A DNA stretch of 42,652 nucleotides. It comes from Limisphaerales bacterium. GTDB lineage: Bacteria; Verrucomicrobiota; Verrucomicrobiia; Limisphaerales; JADJPG01. Numbering within the stretch: the first letter of the stretch is position 1; each line of letters opens with the position of its first letter. A model generated the notes under the pieces. It was not told the DNA's origin. It was given only the letters and a program-made list of their open reading frames with translations, and searched no databases. Location of the stretch: positions 1 to 42,652 of the forward strand of contig JBDHQG010000001.1 of assembly GCA_039806925.1 (NCBI GenBank), given 5' to 3'. The position numbers and the translations under genes are program-made. Of this stretch, positions 19,416 to 25,874 are shown in pieces.

Positions 19416-21293
19416 TCAGTTCGCCGGAATCACGCGGGAGAAGCAGGCCGTGCCGTCCTTGCGCACGATCACCTCCTGTCCGGCGACCACGAAATCGAGG
19501 AGTAGCTCGCCGGCTTTCGGAGAGTCACTGTCGAACTCGACCTTGCCGCGCGTGCCGCCGGGGACGGTGACAACGTTGAGGGTGGCGCGGACCACGCCGC
19601 CGACCACAAGTTCATAGGAGCCGACATTGACGTCCTCGACTTCAACTTCGAAATCTTCGTCGCCGTTGTCCTTGCGGCGGAACTTCGCCACCGCAGAGGC
19701 ATTCGAGTCCGCGCCGGTGCTGATGAGCGGGAGCTTGATCTCCGCTGGTTGGGCGACGTTGCCGGAGCTCGAGCCGGAGCCGCCGGTGTTTCCAGAGCCG
19801 CCGCCCGGCGCCGAACCATTGCCAAACAGGTGGGAGAAGATCATGTCGCCAGTGGCATTCTTGATCTCGATGAGCTGGCCGCGCGGCTCGAAGTTCATCG
19901 GGAGCTCGCCTTTCGGATTGTCATCGCCGTGCGAGAACTCGATCTCGCCTTCCACGCCACCGACCACCGCCACGGCGTTGATGGTGCCGCGAAGCACGCC
20001 GCCGATGTAGAGCTTGTAGGCGCCGGCGGGCACGTCTTCGATTTCCACGCTGAACTTGCGACGGCCGTTGTCGCGAATCTCGAACTTCGCATCGCCGGAC
20101 GCACCGGGAATCACGCCGGTCTTCGCAAGGTTCTCCTCCAGCTGCGTCGGGGCTTCCGGCGTGACTGGCCCGCCGCTGTTGTTGCCTCCGGTATTGCCGC
20201 CCGTGGAACCGCCCGAGCCGATGACGCCCTCGAAGTAAACCGTGCCATCCTTGCGGATGACAATGCTGGCGCCGGCGGGATCGAACGTCAGCGGCAGTTC
20301 GCCGTCGGGATGATCATCGCCCGCGTTGAATTCGATTTCGCCCTCGGTGCCGCCCGTGGTCGCCACCACGTTGATGGTGCCGACCACGTTGCCGGCGACG
20401 AGGAGTTCATACGCGCCCACGGGCACGTCCTCGATCTCGACGGAGAAGTCCTTGCGGGCGTTCTCACGGATGCGGAGCCTGGCCTTCGCGGTGGCGTTGT
20501 CGTCCGTGCCGGTGGACGGGATGCTGAAGCTCTGGATGCTCGGCGTGGCGACGTTCACATTCTGCGCCTTCGCCAGCAACGTGCCGGTGGCGCGGATGGC
20601 GCCGGCCTGCATCACATCGATGACCTGGCCGCGCGGGTCGAAGTCGAGCAGCAATTCGTTCTTCTTCGGCTCGGTGGAGAACTCGATCCTTGCCTCGCGT
20701 CCGCTCGTGCGCAGATCGCCGCGCTTCACGCCGTTGACGTAGAGCTCGTAGCCCGTGCCGGAGATGCGTTCCACCTGCACCTTGAATTCGCGTTCGCCTT
20801 TCTTGCTCGCGCGATACTCGGCCTTGCCCTTGATGGCGTCGCTGGAGTTCGTCGGCGCGAGGACTACACGTTCATTGACGACGATGCCGGAGGGTTCGCC
20901 GGCACCGGAGATGACGCCTTGCAGGACGGGGGCGATGCCGTCGTGGATTTGGAGCATCTGCCCGCGGGGATCGAAATCGAGCGGGTTCGAGGACGACCTG
21001 GTTTTGAAGGAGAGCCGGCCGCCGCCCTTCTTGTCGGTCGAGAACTCGCCCTCCACCACGCCGCCGATCTGGACAGCGTAGGTCTTGTTCGCGTCGAGCC
21101 TGGACACGATGACGCCGAAGATGGAGCTGGAGGATTTGAGGGAGGAAACAACGCGGCCGGTTGCGTCGGGATCCACCCCGGTGTTTTGCAGGACCAGAGT
21201 GATGGCGGAGGATTCGGAAGCACCGGCGAGAGCCGGCGCGACGAGCATGGCCGCCATCGGCAACGTCCACAGGGTTGAGCTTGGTTTCTTCAT
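19416..21293 (-). CDS. Secreted protein built from five tandem ~120-aa beta-rich repeats (unknown domain family)
   Basis: Signal peptide is MKKPSSTLWTLPMAAMLVAPALAGA. The repeat pattern is A.F.....G...F.VEVEDV..G.Y.L.V.G...G.I.V....G..GEIEF.......L.L.FDPRG..I.I. Gly/Ser/Asn-rich linkers separate the repeats. A sigma-54 promoter lies upstream. Confidence 0.85.
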   Translation of the reverse strand: MKKPSSTLWTLPMAAMLVAPALAGASESSAITLVLQNTGVDPDATGRVVSSLKSSSSIFGVIVSRLDANKTYAVQIGGVVEGEFSTDKKGGGRLSFKTRSSSNPLDFDPRGQMLQIHDGIAPVLQGVISGAGEPSGIVVNERVVLAPTNSSDAIKGKAEYRASKKGEREFKVQVERISGTGYELYVNGVKRGDLRTSGREARIEFSTEPKKNELLLDFDPRGQVIDVMQAGAIRATGTLLAKAQNVNVATPSIQSFSIPSTGTDDNATAKARLRIRENARKDFSVEIEDVPVGAYELLVAGNVVGTINVVATTGGTEGEIEFNAGDDHPDGELPLTFDPAGASIVIRKDGTVYFEGVIGSGGSTGGNTGGNNSGGPVTPEAPTQLEENLAKTGVIPGASGDAKFEIRDNGRRKFSVEIEDVPAGAYKLYIGGVLRGTINAVAVVGGVEGEIEFSHGDDNPKGELPMNFEPRGQLIEIKNATGDMIFSHLFGNGSAPGGGSGNTGGSGSSSGNVAQPAEIKLPLISTGADSNASAVAKFRRKDNGDEDFEVEVEDVNVGSYELVVGGVVRATLNVVTVPGGTRGKVEFDSDSPKAGELLLDFVVAGQEVIVRKDGTACFSRVIPAN

Positions 21294-21372
21294 ATCAGTT
21301 CACATTTTCAAATGGCGGCTCGTGTTACTTCCGCTGCATCACGACCGCCGTGTGATGCACGCAAACCACCTA

Positions 21373-21389
21373 TTGCAGGGCGCGTGCCG
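21373..21389 (-). promoter_or_regulatory. Sigma-54 (-24/-12) promoter for the 5-repeat protein gene
   Basis: The minus strand reads cGGCACgcgccCTGCAa, with the canonical GG-N10-GC spacing. It is about 80 nt upstream of ATG 21293 and divergent from the sigma-54 activator gene. Confidence 0.72.
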
Positions 21390-21439
21390 TCGGCGCGCAG
21401 GGCGAAATTCGCGGATTTCCACGCGGTCTTGTCGGGGCT

Positions 21440-21455
21440 GTTCCGCAGGTGGAAT
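21440..21455. promoter_or_regulatory. Candidate enhancer (UAS) half-perfect palindrome gTTCC-N6-GGAAt
   Basis: gttccgcaggtggaat, 33 bp (about 3 helical turns) from the perfect site at 21473. It is about 85 bp upstream of the inferred minus-strand TSS. Confidence 0.5.
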
Positions 21456-21472
21456 GAGGAGTCGACGCGGGT

Positions 21473-21488
21473 GTTCCGGTGGTGGAAC
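21473..21488. promoter_or_regulatory. Candidate enhancer (UAS) perfect palindrome GTTCC-N6-GGAAC
   Basis: gttccggtggtggaac, about 118 bp upstream of the inferred minus-strand TSS. Confidence 0.62.
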
Positions 21489-21579
21489 GGACAGGCCGCC
21501 GCGGAACAATCAACGGGCCGGGTTTGAGGCGGACAATGAACGAGGATTAGTTTGGAACAGAATCTGCGCGACGATATAC

Positions 21580-23031
21580 ATGATGACGTTGACGATGAAT
21601 GCCGGCTCACAACGAACGAATTCCGCTGCGGCGTTCTCCTGCCTGATGGTGGAGGACGATCCCGCCTTCGCCACCCTGGTCGCGCAGCTCGTGCGCGAGG
21701 AGGGCGGCCAGCCGACTCATTGCAAAAGCATCGCGGAGGCGCGGGCGGCCACCGCGCAACGCCAGTTCGATCTGGTGCTGCTCGACAATCATCTCCCCGA
21801 CGGCAAGGCCTACGATTTCTTTGACCAGATCAGCCGCCGCAACCCCGAGGCGCCGGTCATCATGATCACCGGCCTGCCGGCGTTGGATGAAGCCATCTCG
21901 CTCACGCGAAACGGCCTCTTCGATTATCTCACCAAGCCGGTCGATGCCGACGCCCTGGCCGCCTGCCTGCAACGCGCCCGGGCGCGCCTGGCGCAGCGCG
22001 CCTCCCATGCGGAGGCGGCCGAATGTTTTGGCACCTCGCCGGCGATGCGGCATTTCCTCGACGAAGTGGGGAAGGCGGCGCGGCATCCCTCAGCGACGGT
22101 GCTGTTCACCGGCGAAAGCGGTGCCGGCAAGGACATCGCGGCGCGCACGTTGCACCGGCTCACTTACGGTGAAAAGGCCGCACAGGCGCCTTACGTCGCC
22201 GTCAATGCGGCGGCGGTTCCGGCGGACATGTTCGAGGCCGAGCTCTTCGGCGCGGAACGCGGCGCCTACACCGGCGCGGACAAGAAACGCCCCGGCCTCG
22301 TGGCCGCGGCGCAGGGCGGCACGCTGTTCCTCGATGAAATCGCCGAGGTGCCGCTCCCGCTTCAGGCCAAGCTCCTGCGTTTTTTGGAAGGGCGCGAGTT
22401 TCGTCCGCTGGGCAGCATCGTCAACGAGACGTTCACCGGCCGCTTCGTGACGGCGACCAACAAGTCGCTCCGCGCGGAGGTCCAGGCCGGGCGATTCCGC
22501 GAGGATTTGCTCTACCGCATCGAGGTGTTCGCGCTGGAAGTGCCGCCGTTGCGGAAGCGTCGCGAGGACATTCCGGGTCTGTGCGAATTCCTGCTCGCGC
22601 AGCTGGCGAAGAAATATGGCCGGTCCGCGCCGCTGCTGAAGTCCGATGACCTCGTGGCGTTGCAGGGCTATGATTTTCCAGGGAACGTCCGCGAGTTGAG
22701 AAACATCCTCGAACGCGGACTGCTGCGGACGGAGGAGAAGGATCGCTGGCTGGCGCTCGACACGACGTGGTGGCGCGCGGGCATTGCATCGGCGGCTCCT
22801 GCGGCGACGACGGTCGCATCACCCGCCCCGGCCGACGATGTCCCGCTGCCTCCGGAGCGCGCCGGTCTGACGCCGCTGGAGGCGCAGGAGTACCGCCTGA
22901 TCCGGCGCGGCATGATGGAAGCCCGCGGCGGCATCCGTCGCGCGGCGTCGAAGCTGGGCCTTTCTCCCCAAGCCTTGCTGCGTCGTCTGGAGAAGTGGCC
23001 GGAGCTTCGACCGCCTGCTGCGACGGGTTGA
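21580..23031 (+). CDS. Sigma-54-dependent response regulator (NtrC family: receiver + AAA+ + Fis-type HTH)
   Basis: Receiver domain: MVEDDP ... DLVLLDNHLPDG ... TKP. AAA+ domain: Walker A GESGAGKD, the GAFTGA variant GAYTGA, Walker B LFLDEI and NVRELRN. The C-terminal HTH is IRRAASKLGLSPQALLRRL. ATGs at 21580, 21583 and 21595 are possible; the 165-codon upstream extension is rejected. Confidence 0.93.
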   Translation: MMTLTMNAGSQRTNSAAAFSCLMVEDDPAFATLVAQLVREEGGQPTHCKSIAEARAATAQRQFDLVLLDNHLPDGKAYDFFDQISRRNPEAPVIMITGLPALDEAISLTRNGLFDYLTKPVDADALAACLQRARARLAQRASHAEAAECFGTSPAMRHFLDEVGKAARHPSATVLFTGESGAGKDIAARTLHRLTYGEKAAQAPYVAVNAAAVPADMFEAELFGAERGAYTGADKKRPGLVAAAQGGTLFLDEIAEVPLPLQAKLLRFLEGREFRPLGSIVNETFTGRFVTATNKSLRAEVQAGRFREDLLYRIEVFALEVPPLRKRREDIPGLCEFLLAQLAKKYGRSAPLLKSDDLVALQGYDFPGNVRELRNILERGLLRTEEKDRWLALDTTWWRAGIASAAPAATTVASPAPADDVPLPPERAGLTPLEAQEYRLIRRGMMEARGGIRRAASKLGLSPQALLRRLEKWPELRPPAATG

Positions 23032-23035
23032 GATT

Positions 23036-23051
23036 GTTCCGCATCCGGAAC
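23036..23051. promoter_or_regulatory. Candidate enhancer (UAS) perfect palindrome GTTCC-N6-GGAAC
   Basis: gttccgcatccggaac, beginning 5 nt after the activator stop codon and about 76 bp upstream of the -24 element at 23112. Confidence 0.65.
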
Positions 23052-23054
23052 AGT

Positions 23055-23070
23055 GTTCCGGCGCAGGAAC
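23055..23070. promoter_or_regulatory. Candidate enhancer (UAS) perfect palindrome GTTCC-N6-GGAAC
   Basis: gttccggcgcaggaac, 19 bp centre-to-centre from the previous site. An extra GTTCC half-site follows at 23071-23075. Confidence 0.65.
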
Positions 23071-23111
23071 GTTCCATCCGGTTTTCTCCCGCAATGGCCT
23101 GCAAATCGTCG

Positions 23112-23127
23112 TGGCACCGGCGCTGCT
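23112..23127 (+). promoter_or_regulatory. Sigma-54 (-24/-12) promoter for the Ig-domain protein gene
   Basis: TGGCACcggcgCTGCT has an exact -24 TGGCAC, correct spacing and a -12 TGC. It implies a ~300-nt leader containing a repeat hairpin. Confidence 0.75.
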
Positions 23128-23282
23128 TAAGTCGTTCGGAAACGCGACATGCCGGCTGGATTGAGTTACCTTCCGGCGCGTATTTCGTGCAGATGAACCA
23201 TCACAACACCATTGGCCGCGTCACCCTCGCTCCATAACACGCATGGAACCGGGAAGAACATCTACTAAAAGCAGCTTCAACA

Positions 23283-23357
23283 TTCGTAGCCGCCGAGGTG
23301 ACGAGGCGGAGCGGCCTGAGACTCCCAATGGTTCCGCCTCCTCACCTCGGCGGCTAT
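23283..23357. repeat. Family-1 hairpin repeat (TTCGTAGCCGCCG...CGGCGGCTA), copy 1
   Basis: ~24-bp stem tagccgccgaggtgacgaggcgga / tccgcctcctcacctcggcggcta with one mismatch and a 22-nt loop. It lies inside the 5' leader of the 23435 gene. Confidence 0.8.
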
Positions 23358-23434
23358 GTTCAGAACGGAATTGTGAAACCCGTTCCAGGACCGGCGACAC
23401 ACTGATTCGCCGGACGACCGCAGCGCGGTGTTGC

Positions 23435-25147
23435 ATGTGGATTGCGGGCCTGGCGCTGGCGGGCCTGTGGTCCGCCCAGGCGGCGTCGCCGGAACTGACC
23501 GACAATTTCGCCGACCGCCAGCTGCTCACCGATGATTCCGGGCGGATCGACGGCAGCAATGCCGGGGCGACGCGCGAACCGGGCGAGCCCCGGCACGGCG
23601 GCAAGCCGGGCGGACGTTCCGTGTGGGTTTCTTGGCTCGCGCCGGCGGACGGCATCGCCACGTTCTGGACGGATGGCAGCGCCTTCGACACGTTGCTCTC
23701 CGGTTACTACTTCAGCTCCACCAACGACACGACGTTCGACAAGCTGCGCGAAGCGGACCGCAATGACGACGTCTCCGTCGCGGCGGCGCCCTCGAGCTTG
23801 ATCCAGTTCGGCGCGCACGCGGGCGTGCGTTACCACATCGCGGTGGACGGCTTCGCGGGCGCGGCGGGCGACATCCGCCTGCGCTGGGATTTTGTGAACG
23901 CCACCTCGCCGCCGCCGGTGATCGTCCGCGTGCCGGAGGATCAAGCGGCCCGCGAAGGCGATCCCGTCACGCTGGCGGTGGACATGCAGACCTCGCCGAA
24001 TCTGCGGCTGCAATGGCGCTTCAACGGCAATTCGTTCGGTGCGACCGGCCCCACGCTCCTCATCCCCGCGCTGCAATTCACGAACATCGGCCGCTACACG
24101 CTGCGGATCGACCTGGGCGATGTGCGCTTCGAGACCAGGCCCGTCGAGCTGCAAATCAACTCCGACGGCCAGACCAACGCGCTGGCGCAGGACAAGATTC
24201 TCGACGCGTTGAACTCGCCGCTCACGCCGGACGACGGCGGCGGCGGCCTGCGTGCCGCCGGTGCGATGGTGTTCACCGCCGCCGGCGTCGGAGTTTCGCG
24301 CGGCTACAACGGCTCGCAGGTGTTCAACACCACTTACGCCACGGCGGACCCGACGGAACCGGCCCACTGCGGCCTGAACGGCAGCGCCTCCTACTGGTAT
24401 GCCTATCAGCCGCCCGCCGACGGCACGCTAGTGCTCGACACCATCGGCAGCGGCTTCGACACGTTCATCGCGGTTTACACCTTCAACCCTCCATTCACAG
24501 GCTACGCGGATCTCATCCCGCTGACCTGCGATGACAACAGCGCGGGCACGAACGGCGCGGCCTGGCTGGAATTCGCCGCGCCCAGGAACAGACAGTTCCT
24601 TGTCGTGCTCGACGGCATCAATGGCGCGCGCGGCATCGCGCGGTTGAACTACCGCCTCGACACCAACCGCCCGCCCGTCGCCCCGACGCTGGTGCAAGTT
24701 CCCGCCGCCGGCACCGCGGCCACCGGGCTGAACATCACGCTGGCCCCGGCGGTGACGGGCAGCCCGCCGCTGCGCTTCCTCTGGCGCAAGGGCACCCATC
24801 TGCTGGCCGGCGCGACGAACAGTTTTCTGGCGTTGAACAACCTCACGCCGGCCGAGTCCGGCGATTATCGCGTGACGGTTTTCAGCCACGTCGGCCTGCC
24901 GCTGGAAGTGCTCCTGCCGCTCCGCGTTGTGATTCCACCACAGCTTCAATTCGCGCCGCGGACTGATGGGATGAGGGCGTGGTCCTTCCCCGGCGTCGCC
25001 GGGCAACGCTACGTCGTGGAGCAGACCGCCGCGCTGGGAAGCCCGTGGCGTCCATGGACGAACCAATTCATCGGTGACGGATCGCTCATCCTGCTGACGA
25101 ACGACGCGGCAACGCCGGCCACCTTCCTGCGCGTGCGCGTCGAATAG
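23435..25147 (+). CDS. Secreted protein: two pre-peptidase-C-terminal-like modules alternating with two Ig-like modules
   Basis: The ATG at 23435 gives the signal peptide MWIAGLALAGLWSAQA. Two modules carry the motif ..EP.H.G....S.W..W.AP.DG......GS.FDT....Y (GEPRHGGKPGGRSVWVSWLAPADG...FDTLLSGYYF and EPAHCGLNGSASYWYAYQPPADG...FDTFIAVYTF). The two Ig-like modules are PVTLAVDM...LRLQWRFNG and LRFLWRKG...ESGDYRV. The protein ends in FLRVRVE. Confidence 0.8.
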   Translation: MWIAGLALAGLWSAQAASPELTDNFADRQLLTDDSGRIDGSNAGATREPGEPRHGGKPGGRSVWVSWLAPADGIATFWTDGSAFDTLLSGYYFSSTNDTTFDKLREADRNDDVSVAAAPSSLIQFGAHAGVRYHIAVDGFAGAAGDIRLRWDFVNATSPPPVIVRVPEDQAAREGDPVTLAVDMQTSPNLRLQWRFNGNSFGATGPTLLIPALQFTNIGRYTLRIDLGDVRFETRPVELQINSDGQTNALAQDKILDALNSPLTPDDGGGGLRAAGAMVFTAAGVGVSRGYNGSQVFNTTYATADPTEPAHCGLNGSASYWYAYQPPADGTLVLDTIGSGFDTFIAVYTFNPPFTGYADLIPLTCDDNSAGTNGAAWLEFAAPRNRQFLVVLDGINGARGIARLNYRLDTNRPPVAPTLVQVPAAGTAATGLNITLAPAVTGSPPLRFLWRKGTHLLAGATNSFLALNNLTPAESGDYRVTVFSHVGLPLEVLLPLRVVIPPQLQFAPRTDGMRAWSFPGVAGQRYVVEQTAALGSPWRPWTNQFIGDGSLILLTNDAATPATFLRVRVE

Positions 25148-25171
25148 CCGGTGTGTCCGAGCGCGGCGCTT

Positions 25172-25220
25172 ATGCTGTCCGGGAATTCGAGCGGAAGCTT
25201 GTCCCGAAGGGACGGTTGAA
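25172..25220 (-). repeat. Family-2 structured repeat, internally deleted copy (minus orientation)
   Basis: atgctgtccgggaattcgagcggaagcttgtcccgaagggacggttga matches the two ends of copy 31505-31616. The segment between the two GTCCC..GGGAC hairpins is missing. Confidence 0.6.
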
Positions 25221-25243
25221 ACGGTGGTGGCGCGATTCTTCCG

Positions 25244-25360
25244 TCAGCCGTCCCTTCGGGACTCAGCCCGCCTACCGCTTTATTCCCGGCGTTGAAACGC
25301 CGGGCTATTTTCACCAGTCCCTTCCGGGACGCATCTCTCGGGCGAATTGCCGGAAGGCAT
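25244..25360 (+). repeat. Family-2 structured repeat (~115 nt, three hairpins), plus orientation
   Basis: The three hairpins are GTCCC-TTCG-GGAC, CCCGGCG-TTGAAA-CGCCGGG followed by CTATTTT, and GTCCC-TTCC-GGGAC. The element ends ...CGAATTGCC..GCAT. It aligns with 31630-31742 and with the reverse complement of 31505-31616. Confidence 0.8.
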
Positions 25361-25388
25361 CAGACTTTAGCCTGGATATTTCACAGGC

Positions 25389-25468
25389 TTCGTAGCCGCC
25401 GCGGTAACGAGACGGACTGCCGGCCGTGGAATCCCAAAGCCATCCGCCTCCTCGCGTCGGCGGCTACA
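25389..25468. repeat. Family-1 hairpin repeat, copy 2
   Basis: cttcgtagccgccg ... cggcggctac. The left flank atttcacaggcttcgtagccgcc is shared exactly with copy 3 at 31371. Confidence 0.75.
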
Positions 25469-25529
25469 ACATCCAACCGCCTCATTCGTGTTGGTTCGTG
25501 TCCATTCGCAGTTGCATCAGCGCTTCCCT

Positions 25530-25581
25530 AAAAAATAAAACCGGGCGCTGGAGGACACACAGAATTTCATCCAACGCCCGG
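25530..25581 (-). terminator. Orphan intrinsic terminator oriented on the minus strand
   Basis: 12-bp stem ccgggcgctgga (25541-25552) with tccaacgcccgg (25570-25581), one G-U position. On the minus strand it is followed by ttttatttttt (25540-25530). No credible minus-strand CDS lies upstream of it. Confidence 0.5.
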
Positions 25582-25689
25582 CTTCGCCCACACGGGCGAA
25601 GAGTTTGTCGATGAGGTTGGAGGCAGGCCGCGTGCCAGCATCGCATTGCCCGCCGTGGCTCCCGGTTCCGCGCCTTGTTCCGCGCCGCC

Positions 25690-25705
25690 GCTTCCGGCAG
25701 CGGAG
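25690..25705. promoter_or_regulatory. Degenerate UAS-like site cTTCC-N6-GGAGc
   Basis: cttccggcagcggagc, 20 bp centre-to-centre from the perfect site at 25710. It is preceded by two direct GTTCCGCGCC half-sites (25664-25673, 25676-25685). Confidence 0.35.
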
Positions 25706-25709
25706 CAGC

Positions 25710-25725
25710 TGTTCCGCGAGCGGAA
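25710..25725. promoter_or_regulatory. Candidate enhancer (UAS) perfect palindrome GTTCC-N6-GGAAC
   Basis: gttccgcgagcggaac, 55-70 bp upstream of the -24 element at 25780. Confidence 0.62.
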
Positions 25726-25779
25726 CAGCGCCCGCGCGGGCCACCATGAAAACTCCCGGATTTCCGCGTAAAACCACGT

Positions 25780-25795
25780 TGGCAAAGCCGCTGCT
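25780..25795 (+). promoter_or_regulatory. Sigma-54 (-24/-12) promoter for the 4-repeat protein gene
   Basis: TGGCAAagccgCTGCT has correct GG-N10-GC spacing and the same CTGCT -12 element as the promoter at 23112. It is about 80 nt upstream of ATG 25875. Confidence 0.7.
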
Positions 25796-25874
25796 AAAGG
25801 AGGCTCGTCACTCAACGGCCAAGACCCAGCCGCAGTGTCGTGAAACAAAACAAACACCAAAACCAAACACATCT

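Noticed and set aside
19749-21278. 509-aa plus-strand ORF antisense to the 5-repeat secreted protein gene
   Set aside because: The minus-strand frame shows a signal peptide and a clear five-fold repeat architecture plus a matching sigma-54 promoter. The plus frame is an R/A/G/D-rich artefact.
21085-21579. 165-codon N-terminal extension of the activator ORF; similar extensions occur at 23243-23434, 25605-25874, 7258-7362, 16177-16365 and 38187-38417
   Set aside because: The extensions run through promoters, UAS sites, repeats or the upstream gene and are Arg/Pro-rich. Internal starts give proper signal peptides or domain N-termini.
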